DNA of 64,000 nt from Salpingoeca rosetta (GCA_033442325.1 JAWQFM010000013.1:334069-398068); one strand, 5' to 3'. Shown: positions 1 to 13,894, counted from the stretch's first letter. Numbers and translations: made by a program. Notes: a model not told the origin generated them from the sequence alone.

Positions 1-3000
1 CGGGCGGTGTTCCGTCAGCTACCACGCGTGTGGCTTGAAGTGCAGCTCCACGAACAACCGCCAGGATGGCAGCACCATCCAATCCTGTGAGCGCCTCGCC
101 ACTCGCCACCAAGAACGTGTTGTTCCGGGAGGTTGCCAGGGCGCGCTGGCCCTTGATCGCGTTCAGGTCCTCCTCAGCCAGGATCACCGTGACACTGAAT
201 CCGTCACGGCTGTTCGTGTTGGAGCTGGCTGCCAGCAGGGTGTGCGAAACCAGCGTGCCTGCCTGTGTGGCGGCGTCCGCATCGCCGACGTTCTGAAGCC
301 TGAGCTCCTCCGCTCTCAGGCTTTGCGCGCTAACGGCGGCGCTCAGGGTCAGCTTGAGCACACCCTCGTCGAGATCGAGCTCAACACCAACAATGCTTGC
401 ACGTCCTGCGCTGACGTAACTGGTACAAGCAAGCGCAGATGTTCTGTTTGCGAGGAGGTTACCTGCCATGTCCTGCACAGCACCCGCATCCATGAATGCA
501 TACGAGGTGTCCTGAGACACGGCAATGTCCAGTCGCGTGGAGATGGCCTCAAGCTGTGCTGAGGACAGTGCAACCACGAGCCCGGTCTTCGTCGCACCAT
601 CGCGGTAGCTCACCCGCAGCGGGGCTTCAGACAAGCGCAAACTGCCCACGAAGCTCGCGGGAGCACTGCCACCGGCTGTCGCGTTGACCAGCACGATCCT
701 TGACACATCCAAGCTCGACGCATTGACTGGTTCATTGAACTCAAGCTCAAGAATACCGCGCGTGAGATCGAGCAGAGCAACCTCAGTCAACTCGGGGCCG
801 GTCGCATCTCCAATGAGCGTTCCAACAGGCACTGCGCTTTGAGCGGAGTTGTCATTCCCAAACACATCAGCAGCAAATCCATTGTCGGTTCTCAGGAAGC
901 AAGATGCTGGCGTTGTGCACAGGCCCGCGGCCGCCAGCGCCTTGATGCCGTTTGCGTCACCCTCTTCAAGGCTCAACGTGAAGCTGCGCAGGTCTGCACT
1001 TGAGCTCAGTACACTTCCTCGAAGCTGTACATCCCACGAAGTTGAGTTCCCATTGGCGGAAATGCTGCCCAGGCGAGAGTCAATGCTGTCGCGGGCAACC
1101 GGCTCGTCAAACCGCACGCCGAACGTACCTGCGTCCAGGTTCAGGCTGAACTCGAGCACACTGGGACCGGTGTTGTCCAAGACAAGCAGGGGGGTGTCCC
1201 GCTCTGGATCCGAAGCGGTGCTGGGCTCAATCCCAACGACGGCGTTTCCGCTTGCGTCCATGATGGCCCCATCCATAAGTCGCAGCCAGCACGATGCTGC
1301 GGAGACACACAGCGATGAGCGAAGCTTGATGCCAGCGGCGTCCTCAAGGCTGAGCGTGAGTGTCAGCAGGGTGCCTGAAGCTCCAACATCCACTCGCTCT
1401 GGTTCAGACAACACCAGCACATCTGACGTGTGACCCGGGAAAGCAGCACCCTCCAACTTCAGCTGCGTCGCGTTCAGGCTGGTCTCATCCATGGGCTCCG
1501 AAAATGACAACACAAGCTCCCGCGAGTTCAAGTCCAAAACCACAAATCCAACCAGTGTTGGTCGGGACACGTCGGGCTCAAGTACGCTGGGCCGAGCCGT
1601 TTCATTCAACGAAACCGGAGCCGAGGCAACGCGGAAGTGGTTTTGGACAAACCCAGCTGTCAGGCCCAAACAACACGCGTCTCGTGCGAGGCACACACGA
1701 GCAAACTGCATTTCTTCGGCCATGCTGTCAGCGATGGCAATGGCCACGCCATCTTGCTCGTACCTTATGGAGGTTGCATTGGCACCTGACACAAACACGG
1801 CGCTGCTCTCGTTTCCACCAGGGACAAAACCACCGTGTAGCGCAGCTGCGTGCACAACAGTGGAAATTTGGCTGCCATCACGGGAGCAGTTGCTCAGCGT
1901 CAGCACGCTCTCCAGACCAAGGGTTGTGGTGTTCACTGGTTCATCAAACACGAGCGTGACCCCCACATTCTCATCAGTCCACGTCACATTGAAAGCGAGC
2001 AACCGACTTGCAGTTGAGTCTGCAGAGTCCAGTTTGAGCGCTTGTGCAGTCTGCCGAACTTGGTTACCGTTCCAATCCCGAATAGCACCCGTACGCAGCT
2101 CCACGGCGACGCCGCCCTGCTGTAGTTCGACCGCTGACAGCTTCAGCCAGGCGAGGCTCTCATCGGCTAACGTAGCCTCCACCACCACAGTTCCATGCGC
2201 TGGTTGCACGTCCGTGACCTGCAGTGCAACGCGGCCAAGGCCACCAATGGCTGAGATTCCGGCGAGAGCCAGCGAACTGCTGTTTACCGGCTCATCGAAG
2301 GTCAGCACAATGCTTTCAGCAGCAAAGTCAATTGATGTGGCAAGCAGAACTGGTGCCACCAAGTCTGGATGCAACCGTTCGACAACGAGCGCCTTCTCCG
2401 CATCGATGGCGTTTGAAGGGTTTCCACGAGCGTCCCTAAAGGCACCGCCGCCGACAGCCAGGAACGTCTGTTGCGTCGAGGAGGCCAGAGGATAGGCTCG
2501 TTTCACGTCGTCAATCACACTGCGAGCAATGCTCACGTTCATCTCCAGGGCGTACCGTTGACCAAACAGGCCACCCACAGCTTGTACAGAGAGGGGCGAG
2601 CGCAAGTTCACAACGAGCGGCGATGGTGCAAACGACGCGCTGGGAACACTCTGCAGCGACATGTTCAAGCTACTCAGTGATGCGTTTGCAGCGGACACGT
2701 CGACGGGCTCGTCAAACCGCAAGCGCAGCTCGCCCGCTTCAACGTCCAACGCGAACGCCGTGATTGTTGGCGGTGTTCTGTCCTGAACGTATGGCAGCAC
2801 CAACACAGGCTGCACGTCTGCCACTTGGTTCTCGGAAGCGTCAGCAACACTTCCGCGACCAAGTACCACATAGCACGATGTTGGCGACCGGCAAACCGTC
2901 TCGTGTGATTTGAGAGCATTGGCCACTGCCTGCGAAAGTTCGACTCGAAGGATATTCAAGCTGAAGCTGGCATTGCTGCCCACCAGCGGCACGCGACCAG

Positions 3001-6000
3001 CGCTGCTCGCATTCTCTGCATCAGACACAAAGATGGATGTCAAGTTGCACGTTCTGACGACCTCGTCGAATGTGATGTTGAGCGTGAGCGCGTCAAGATC
3101 AAGTGCAGCAGCAGTGGCCAGCGGAGCTCGCTCATCCGGCGTGAAGTCAGTGACGACAGCTTCCTGGAAAGCGATCGCATTTCCAGACGTGTCGATGACA
3201 AACCCCTCAGCCAACCGCAGGACCGAATCATTGCGCGAAGTAGCAACCCCAAGGTCAGCCTGGATCGCAAACGCGACATGTCCGTGCAAGTTGATCATAG
3301 CACGCCGGCTGAGCAACTGCCCCACCACACTTGCTCCTGCAAGCGTCACTGTGCGAGCCGCTGGCACACCTCGGTCCCCCGCCAGCGAAATGAGGCTGGT
3401 GTTGATGGAACGCGAAGCAACAGGCTCAGAGAAGATGAGTGCAAGTTCAAGGCTGGTCATGTTCAAGTATGAGGCCACCAACACCGGCTTCACGCTATCT
3501 GGTACAAGCTCAGCGATTAGCAATCCTTCCGTGCGTTCATTTGGCACCTTGGCATAGTCCTGAACAGCACCGGCTTCCAGGGTGAACCATGCAGTTGATG
3601 TGTTCACGGCGAGGGTCCTGTCAACCTTGACAGCATCAAGCTCCCGCTGCGACAAAGCCACTTTGACTTCAGTCGGCTGAGTGACGGAGCGCAATGCAAC
3701 ACTGTCAGAGAGGACCAGCTTTGCAGTTGAATCATCGCGGTTCTTGCTGTTGTGCAGCACAAGCCGCGTTAGATTGAACGAGTCAATGCTCACTGGCTCT
3801 GACAACCTCAGCTGAAGCACCCCAGTTGCCATGTTCAAGGACCCAGAAACGAGCGAGGGTGCCACCGTGTCAGGCACAACGAAGGTGGCTTGTACACGAA
3901 CGCCGCCACGCAAATCCTCGGCAACGAGTGCATTACCAAACACATCCTTCACGATGGTTGCATTCGGGACGAGCAGGAATGTGCTGTTCACGTCGCTGCC
4001 AATTGCTGCTGTCGTCTGGACGGTCCAGTGTTCAGCGTTTGCGAGTTTCAACGTAACCCACGTGTTATTGTTGGAGCCAAGTATGGTGCTGTTCTCAAGG
4101 CCAACAGTGAACGACCCATTGGCGTTTGTCAGAGCGGCTGCACTGATGTTCACAGTCGAGAGATCCACCGGCTCAGAAAACTGCAGCCGCACCAGACCAC
4201 GGCCGTTATCATAGCCAAACTGGAGTAGGTTGGGTGCAGAAACGTCGCTCACGACCACAGATGCGTTGAGAGGCGTCGAGATGCGCTGCAGCGCGTTGCT
4301 GAATAAGTCGACGCAGAAGCTTGGCTCAGCCGTCAGTTGGATCGTGCTTACCAACCCGGCGCGAGCGAGCGCTGCTTTGACTAGATTGGCGTCATCGCTC
4401 GACAGCGTGAATGTGAGGCTTCGCGCATAATTGGAGACGCTCACTGGCATTCGCTGAGGTCGCAAAAGAAGGACATTGTCAACCAGCAACCGCAGCTTGT
4501 CTGTCAGGATGCCTGCACTGGCGTCGATTGGCTCAGTCATGCTGATGCTGATGGTCGATGCGTTGAGATTGACCCGGAACTCCGAGATTGCAGGAGCCGC
4601 CGTGTCTACCGCAATCTGCGAGAAAGCAACCGAGTCGTTCCCAACGCTTGCTTGAATCTCATTGTCACTTGCATCCACCATGGCGCCGGATTCGATGCCA
4701 ATGACAACGTCACCCTCGGACCCAGCAACCAAAAACTTGAGTTGGTCCAAGACGAGATCCGGCACGCGCAGCTGCAGAACAGTGCGCAGTGCACTGTCTT
4801 GTGCATGGAGTAATGTTGACGCGTTGAGACGAACGACTGACCCTCTGATCCCACCTCCCACTTCAAGTTTGGTCACGTCCAGACTTGTGGCAACGACCGG
4901 CTCGTCAATGACGAGCTGCACTATTCCGGAAGTGAGATTGAGGCTTGCGGAGATAACTTCTGGGGCGGTCTCGTCCAGGGAGCTGACAGTGACATTCAAA
5001 GTCCTGGAAACGCTCGGGTTTTGTGCAAGGTCAACTCCGAAAGCAACACAAATCTGGGCTGACAGGTTGGCGGATCCAGATTTCCAAACAAGGCCCTTCA
5101 GCTGGTTCAAGTCATACGGCCCAAGCGTCACTAACGCCTCTTGCTGCCCGTAGAGCGTTTCTGCGCTCGAGTTTGCGAGCAACACAGCAGGCAAGCTGGC
5201 ATTCACAAGTGATTGAACAGCGATGCAAGAAGCGTTCAGCGACACTTCCATGATGGGCTCATCGAAGCGCACTGTCATGTCACCGATGTTCAAATCCATT
5301 GAAAGCGACGCGATGGCCGGGGAGGTCTGATCAAGTACGATTTGAACCTCAACTCCTGCCATCCTGCGCACTTGGTTCCCAGCTGTGTCTTGAGCAAGAT
5401 CAGAAGAAACGAGAACGACAACCGAGTGCACGTTGCTGACCACGCCGGCCTGGGCCTGGATGGCGCTTGCCTCGGCCGCAGCAATGCTCAGCGTGGCATG
5501 GGTGCCCGAGCGAAAGCTGGACGGAAGAATCGCCAAAGTCAGACGACGTAGCGTTACCGCAGGCAAAGCGCACAACGGACGGCTCGAATGAAGCACTGTC
5601 CATCGTCTCGCTGAACACCATGCTCATCGTGCGCGCATCAAGATCAAGCGAGACAGACACGAGCGTCGGCGCGCGCGTGTCCTCGCCAAACACGGCCACC
5701 TGCTGGGCAGTCGCATCCGCGGCCGCCAGCGTGTTGCCAAAGTAGTCGTCCAGCAGCCCGTCCACAAACACAAACGTCGTTGAGGCGTTTGTGGCCAGTG
5801 CGCGCTTGGCCTGCAGGGCGAGGAAGTCGGCTGCAGTCATGCGCACGTACAGCACGCGGTCGTCGGCGCTCTGCGTCAGCGCACCGCCAGTCAGCGACAG
5901 CGTGAGGGCAGCGTCGGTTGCGTTTGCAGCGGCGCGCAGCTGGATGCGGGCGAAGTCGACCGTGCTGGCGTTGACAGGCTCAGAGAAGGTCAGAGCGAGA

Positions 6001-9000
6001 TCGCCAGCAGTGAGGTTGAAGTCAAAGGACACAAGCGCCGGGGCAGCTGTGTCGGCGACAAACGCCAATGCCTGCTGTGGGCTGTCAGACGTGACAACCG
6101 CAACATCCAGGCCAGCAAAGTCGTCGAGGGCAGTGGCGTCCATGGTCAGGAACGTCGTGTCGCGCGTACGGGCAAGGCCAGGTACACGCAGCACCCCCAG
6201 CAGGTCCTCCACAGACAGGTCAATCACAACGTACAGCCCGTCTGTGCTGTTTGTTGTGCTCGACTGCAGGGCATAGCTTGTGCCGGCATTGACAAGCGCA
6301 ATGCTCTGCACACGCAGGGTGCTCACGTCAACGACGTCGCTGAACGTCAGAGAGAGCGTGCCAGCAAGCATGTCCAGCTCGTAGGACACAAGCGCCGCGG
6401 GCGTCTCGTCCCTCTGGTACACGGAGCTGGGGCGCGCGTCGTTGGTTGGCACGGGCGCGTTCCAGTTCCCAGACATGTCCTGCACCGTTGCGTTTGTAGC
6501 GCTCAGGTACGTGTCTGCCTGTGCCGTGGCCAGGTTGAGGTTCAGCTTGAGCGACACTGTGTCGTCCTGCAGCAGGTCAACACGCACAACGCGCGAGCCC
6601 ACATCGCCAGCCTCTGCCCGCACAAGCGACACAGCACCGCCCGTGAGCGTCACAGACTCAATCGCAGACGTGCGCGCGGCCTGCACCGTCAGGCCCGTTG
6701 GGTCGAAAGACTCGCCACGCACGGGCTCGTTGAAGGTGACAAGCAGCGTGCCGACATCAACGTCGAGGGTGAATGCGGCGATGCGCGGGCTGGTCACATC
6801 AGCAACAATCGCAGACGCGTTGAGGGCGGCTGCGCGCGAGATGGCCAGGGCCTCGTTGGGCGAGAGCGCAAGGTCCTGCACAAAGCCGCCAGCGGCACTC
6901 AGCGTGCAGTTGGCAGCGGCGCCCAGGCACAGGTCAAGGGCCTTGAGCCGCTGCACGTCAGCCGTCAGCAGCGCAAGCTCCAGCGTGGTTGACGACAACA
7001 CAGTGACACTGCCGCCAGTGAGTGTGTGGTTGGCCGAGTACGCGGCCCCGCTTGCCCACATGGCTGTCTGCAGCGTCATGCCGGTTGCCTGCAGACTCAC
7101 GCTGTCAATGCTCTCATCAAACGTCAGTGCCACTGTGCCCGCCTCCATGTCAATGCCAAAGGACACAAGCCCCGGTGCCGTCGTGTCAGTAACAAAGGTT
7201 TGCGAACCGCTGAACGGGCTCCCAGACAAAAGTGTGCTGGATGGATTCCCATTCATGTCCAGTGTGAGCCCGCCACCCAACGTCACGTAGCAGGAGCCTT
7301 GACAGCGTTGAGGTCGCTGGTGGAAAGGGCAATGAGCACAACCGTCGAGCCGGGCCCGCTGTGGTAGCCGCCAAGCACGCGGCCGCCAGTCAGCGTGTAG
7401 CTGGCCTCTGGGCTCTCGAAGAACGACTGCAGCGTGATGCGCGTGGGCCGCGCAGAGGTCACGTTCACAACCTCTGTGAAGCTGAGCGCAATTGTGCCGT
7501 TGTTCAGGTCAAAGTACAAGAAGCCGCGGTCGGCAAGCGCCGGGGCTGTCTGGTCAGCCACAAACACGTCGTTGATCTCCGCATCCGCAACAGCAGGCAC
7601 AAATGCCCCAGTGGCATCCTGCACAAGGGTGCCGTTGGCAGACACGGCGCACGCGTCCTGGAACAGGCAAATGCCCGCCAGCTTCAGCGCCGTGATGTCC
7701 TCAGCACCAAGCGCCACGTCGACGACCTGCGTGTAGCCGGAGGTGACAACCGTGCTGTGTGCCAGCGTGTACGTGCTTGTGCTGTTGGCAGCGCGGGCAA
7801 GCGTGATGGCAGCAGGCACCAGCGTGAGGGCTTGCACGGGCTCGCTGTACGACAGGCTCAGCACGCCGCTGTCCATGTTCAGCGACAGCGCGAGCAGGCG
7901 CGCGGGCAGGGCATCCTGCACAACCTGTGTTGCGTTGGCTGTGACGGGCAAGTTTGCGTTGCCGGCCGCATCGCGGATGGCACCTGCCAGCAACTGCAGG
8001 TACGTGTTGTCCACCGTCGTTCCGAGGCCAGTCCTGGCACGCACCTCGTTTGCGGCAGCCTGGGTCAGGGTGAAGCCAAGGGTCGTGCTGTTGGCGGCTG
8101 GGGCGTCCACAGCCACCGCATCCAGCGCAACAGCCACAGTCGCGCCCGTGGCGGCGTTGACCAGGCGGGCCTGCGTCGCATCAAACGTTGCCCTGGCCAC
8201 AACCTCGTCAAAGGTGAGGCGCAGCACACCAGAGGTCATGTTGAGGGCAAAGCTCTGCAGCACAGGGCCAGTTGCGTCGGCGACATAGCTGACCGCAGCC
8301 ACGGCAGAAGCAGAGGCAACCTGCCGCATGCTGTTGCCAGCAAAGTCAGCAATGCCACCTGCCGCAACAGCCAGGAACGACGTGCTGCGGCTCACAGCAA
8401 GGCCAGCGTCAGCCTTGACGCGGTTGAGCGTCGACACGCTCAGGTCAATACGCACCTGGGTGGCGTTGCCTGTGCTGCTCGCAGCATCAAGGGCGGCATC
8501 AAAAGTCACACCCTCCGCAGTCACGTTCGCGCCACGCGCGGCAACAAGGGAAAACGCACCCACAGCGATGCTGCTCGCGTTCACGTCCTCGCTGAAGCGC
8601 AGCACAACAAATCCAGCATCCATGTCAACGTCAAACGCGCTGAGCTGCGGCGGCACAAGGTCAACCGTGTACTCGCTCGGAGCCACAGCGCCGTCAACAG
8701 CGGAGACGCCAACCACGCTCGAGCCAATGGTGTCTGTCACAAGCACAGGATCAAAGCGCAGGTACGTGGTGGCCGCGCTGCGCATCAGCACAGCAAGGCC
8801 AGCAGCATCCCGCAGCGCAAGGAAATCGCCCGTGGCAAGCTCAATCGCCACCTGGCGCTGGCTGCTGCTGGGCACAACAGCGGCTGGAGCGTGCTGCAGG
8901 CGGTAAGACTCCGCAGACGTGGCTGCTGTCGCGTTGGACTGGAACACAAGGGCAGTGTGGTTGAGCGCGCCCACATCCACAGGCTCGGAGAACACAAGCG

Positions 9001-10231
9001 TCAGGACAATGGGCGGGCGGGCCTGGTCCATGCGCACGCCATAGGACACAAGCACGGGCGCAACAGCATCTGGCGCGAGCACCCGCACAGGCAGCGCAGC
9101 CACAGCGACAGAGGGCTGTCCGGCCATGTCAGCGACAAGCGCGCCGCTTGCGTCGAGGAAGGTGGCGGCGGCAGCCTGCGCAGTGTTGGCAGCAAGCTTG
9201 ATGGCATCAACCACGCTCACAGAGAGCGTGATGCGCAGCTGAGTGCCATCCACAGCAGAGGCAGTGCCGTTGTCCAGCGCAGTGCGCACGGCAAAGGCAG
9301 CGTCCGTGTCGTTGGCCAGGACCAGAGCAGAAAGGTCCAGCGACGATGCAAGGACCGGCTCTGAGAACTCAAGCACAAGCTCGCCAGACGTCATGTTGAG
9401 GTCAAACGCCGTCAGCTCCGGGCTGGTCGTGTCTGGGAACGTGAACATCGTTACGTTTGCAGCTTCATGCGCATTTTGAAACTGGTCGTCGAACGCGTTG
9501 ACCACGGTCGTCAGCACGATCGTCGCGCACTGCAGAAGTTTCAGCACGTTCAAGTCTCGGGCGCTGATGGTAGCTCGTCCTTGCCTTGTTGTCACCGTGG
9601 TAACATTCGCCTTCACTGTGGTCACATACTGTGCTCGTTCCAAGCACAGGATTGATGCCCAAGTTGCAAGAAATGACGTCTCGTCCACAGTTTCGGACAA
9701 AGCGAAGAACACGTCTCCATTGGACATGTTCAGGGTTGCTGATGTTATGACTGGACCTTCGATGTCGGGAACGATGTAATCGGGTGGCTTTCCTTGTGCC
9801 AGCGTCTGCCAGTCCTCCGCCTGCAAGTCCGTCACACCAGCATTGTCTGCATTGACGAAGGTTGACTGCGTGGTGCGGCCCAACTGTTCACGCGACGCCA
9901 GCCCATCGACTGTGGCAGTGCTGAGGTTGAGATACAAGGTTGTGCCACCATCCGGCGAGCTGATGACGCCATCTGTCAGGTAGAGCTGTTCTTCGTTGGT
10001 CGTGGCGTTCGATGTCAAAAACCAGGCGTTTGCGTCGAACGTGGAGATGTTCACCGGCTCGGAGAACACCAGTTCAACACGGTCAAGAGAGAGGTCGAGC
10101 CCGAACTGCGTCAAGGTGGGTGGCAGCGCCAGGGTGGGCACTGCAGTCAAAAGGAACGCAACGGTCAGAACGGCCAAGCAACTTGCCAATCTAGGGCGAG
10201 CGCGAGGGTGCCCTGTCATGGCGCGTGCCAT
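1..10231 (-). CDS. Giant intronless secreted/cell-surface protein of ~25 or more tandem ~130-aa Ig-like repeats (DTTxPxLxxFxLDMxxGxLxLxFSEPV); 3'-partial, two frameshifts (~7295, ~5510)
   Basis: ATG at 10231 followed by a signal peptide (LASCLAVLTVAFLLTAVPTLA). The same repeat continues through ORFs 7283-10243 and 5400-7286. A third frame starts at ~5509 (SGTHATLSI...VLDQTSPAIASLSMDLNIGDMTVRFDEPI) and is still in repeat register at base 1 (...VVADGTPP); the intervening stretch was spot-checked only. Many N-x-S/T sequons. Confidence 0.85.
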
Positions 10232-10856
10232 GGCGTGCTGCACGAATCCCCAACGCCTTAGCTCGCGGATGTTGTGTGCAAGGTTTGCGGTGGCTGTGAG
10301 GCCGGTGGCACTAGCGGTGAAGAAAGGAGGGAGGGGGAAGGCTTGTTGTTGTAGCCTTCACTGAAGATGGGGGAAAGGTCAGAAGAAGGGGGTATGAAGG
10401 TTGGTGTGGTCGTCGGTAAGGTCTGCTTGGTGTTTGTCACCAGAAATGGCGGGAACAGTGGTCTGCAAGCTTCTCTTGGGGGTTGGCTGCAAGAGCACCA
10501 AAACAGGTATGATTTCCGTGTTGTTTGCCCACCACCTTGTTCGCTGTGCAAAAATACATGTATTTTTTTTTGTGCTCGAAGGTGGTACCAAGTACCTTTT
10601 TCTTTGAAAAGTTTCCTGCCCTCCAAACAAAAACAAGACAACCCAAAGAGCTCCTCCATCATCATCCCCAAGGTGCTGATGCTCTTGTGTGCCTGTGTGT
10701 CTGTGTGCGTGAGGTGGTGGAGGCTGTTGTCCGAGAAGCGCGCACATCGAGGACGATGTGTCTCGATTCGCCACAGCTTGACGCATGACACCGACACGTA
10801 ACACTTGTTTTCTTGCCTCCATGATTCCAGGCCTTGCTCGTGAACAAGAAGCTACC

Positions 10857-13328
10857 ATGTCTGCGTTTGCGCTTGTTTCAGTGCCGGCTGGCCAACACAC
10901 GCTGCAGGTTTGTGAGGATGGCTGCTGGTCTCGCAGCGGCTGCTGACTTCAACTGGGATGCCCAACATGCTGCTTTTGTTTGTCTTGTTTCATGAGATAC
11001 CGAAGGTCGGCGTTTGTGGAGTGTTGCTCACTCCCCGTGTCTTCCTTTCCCCTTGCCTCCACATTCAGGAGCTGCGCCAAACCTTGCCGCGAGGGTGCTC
11101 CGCGAGTGAACTCGGCATCCCACTGAGCCGAGTACGTTTATCCGTCAACCTTCTGACACACCCAACGCTTTCGTTGCCTGACACGCCACAAGCATGCCAC
11201 ATGAAGCACAAGCACGCTTTGTGCCCTTCACTTTAACGGTCGCTTGTAACAGCGTCGTTGTTTGAGTGTCCGTGGCAAAAATGGAGTGTTGGCTGATAAG
11301 CTTCGGCTCACACGTTCGTTCCTGTACACACACACACACACACCAATGACATGAAGGTTGGCACACTGGATGAGCTGGTGGCGCTGTGCGACGAGCTTAT
11401 GAAACATGACTCGTACATGGAGACAGTTGCCAACAAGATAGCCCATGCACTCGGAGAGATGCTTCAGGACAAAGCAAAGGTAATGGCTGCTGTGAAACAT
11501 CTGCTGACTCGTGATGGCTTCTGGACTTGACGACTGCCTGTCCTCACCTGTGTTTTTGTGTGACACCGCTTTGATTGCTTGCTCGCCGACACTGCAGCTT
11601 CGTGAGGCCCTTCTTGCGGACTCGAAGCCAATTGATGCGTTCGTTGGGCAATTTGACTGGGACTCACGGCGGTACAATGCCAAGCAGCCGATTCGTGACC
11701 TCGCACAAACCCTGACACAGGTATCTTGTCACCGTCAACTCTGAAGACTGCCGCTTGCTGTGAAGTACGAAGGCATCTACCCTTTGACTTAAGAGAAGTA
11801 CGAAGGCATCTACCCTTTGACTTAAGAGGCTTGTTTTTACAGCGGCACTCTCCTTTAATGTTTGACTGCGTTTGCCTCTGTTGACTGTTTGCATGTGCTA
11901 GCAAGTGACAGCGGTCGAGACAGATCTGAAAGCACGGATGCAGGCGTACTCCAAGGTGAGGTTGCTGACTGGTGGCAGTACTGTTAAACGCTGTGGCTGT
12001 TGGTGTGTACCCCTCATTCCTGGATAGCCTTAGTTTGTTTGACAACGTTGTAGTCTAAGCTTGCATTCGATTATGTTGCTTGTGTGGACGAATTGCCTCA
12101 CATCAGGTCAAGGGTGCGTTGCAAGCCGTCGAGCGCAAGAACCAGTACGTTGCCGTTGTATGCTGCTTTGTCATGGGCTGTTTCGTGTGATTCGCACACT
12201 CGTCACGCTCTGGCAAATTGGATTAAGAGCAAGCGCTGGTGCTTGACCGTGATGAGCATGCAACCTTTACGCTCACTGTTGTGCCGTTGATCCATTGCTC
12301 TTTTGTCTCGATTCTCAGGGGCAGTTTGCTGATTCGCAGCCTCAGTGACATTGTCAAACCGGAGCATGTAGTGCAGAATTCGGAGTTCCTCACAACGCTG
12401 ATGGTCGTTGTTCCAAAGTAAGGCGACCTCCCACCCCCATCAGACACCGTGTTGCCTCGCTCCAGCGCCACCGTGCTTGGCGTGGATGTTCGACACATCG
12501 ACAACGCTGTTGCTTTTGTTCACGCCATACAACTGCTGGCTCCTTTCGTGCTGCGTTTGAGTGCCATGCTTGTGTTTTGCTTGCTTTTGCTCCTGTCTTC
12601 GTTTTTTTAAATGTCGTGTGTTGCGGTGCTGCAGGTATGCGTACAACGATTGGAAGTCATCATATTCAACGTTGACGGACTACGTCTGCCCTGGCTCCAC
12701 ACAGTGAGTGGCGTTGCTTTGTCTGGCACAACGGCAGCCGTTGCGGGGGGGTTGCATTTTCTGCTAAGCTAGGTTGAAGCCTCCGTCGCTCTGCAATTGC
12801 TGACCTCCGTCCCTCATGTGCTTTTGTGTGAATGTACATGTGTGCATCATCTCGCGTTTACGTATGTGTATGTGTACGCATGCTATCGCGTTTGAATATG
12901 TGCGACTGTTCTGATTGCAGGCTCATCCATGAGGACAGCGAATACGGCCTGTTCTCTGTGACGCTCTTCCGTCGCATTGCTGACGACTTTCGGGCAGCCG
13001 CCAGAGAGAAAAAGTATGCTGCACCAGGCATTGGCATTGCTGTGCGTGTTTCATCAGAGGGCCCCTGTTTGCTCACGCAGATGATGTACTGATTCCTGCT
13101 TTGATCCAAGTGCTGCATTCTGATTATCCTGTTCTGCCTATATGTGTGTGTACCTGCGTATGGCGTTAGATTCACGGTCAGGGACTTTGAGTTTGATGAG
13201 GAGACGGTCGCCCAGCAGGAGGCGGATACAACGCATCTCGCCAACGAATTCAAAGAGAAGCACGTGAGTTCACACCTTTTTTCCGCCTGGTTACATTTGC
13301 TCACGTTTGCTGCAGATGTTGCAATCCC

Positions 13329-13367
<39 letters not shown>

Positions 13368-13860
13368 GTGTGTGCGTGTGCGTGCATGTGAGAGCAAACG
13401 ATGGTAGTGGCCAAGTTCTGATGATGGTGACGTTTTGTTGGTGTGTACACGCTTGTTCAGGCTCGGTTGATGGACTGGCTCCAGCTGTCGTTTGACCAGT
13501 GCTTTACAGCTTGGATGCACCTCAAGGTCGTTCTGAACTGCGCTGCCACGACGTTGTGACAAACGCACCCGCTGCACAACTCTGCTGTATGCTCGGGTGC
13601 TCGCGGTCAAACGCGAGCCTGCGCACGAGCTTGTTTACCCCCTTGTCGCCTAACACACGTGCGCCCGCATGCGTGTCTGTGTGTGTCTGTGTGTGCAGGC
13701 GCTGCGGTTGTTTGTTGAGTCTGTGCTGCGGTACGGCTTGCCGCCCAAGTTTTCGTTCTATGCGGTTTCGTTCAAGCCGGACGAGGAGAAGCGGATGCGG
13801 ACGGCGCTGCAGCGGCTCTACGGGCATCTCGATAAGGCCGGCGCAGAGGCCGGCGAGGTG

Positions 13861-13894
<34 letters not shown>

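Noticed and set aside
7361-9364. 667-aa plus-strand ORF and other long plus-strand ORFs in 1-10200
   Set aside because: Antisense shadows of the codon-biased minus-strand gene, with no recognisable motifs.
11762-11827. 33-bp direct repeat of CRISPR-like length
   Set aside because: Only two adjacent copies with no spacer, inside a eukaryotic intron; a simple tandem duplication.
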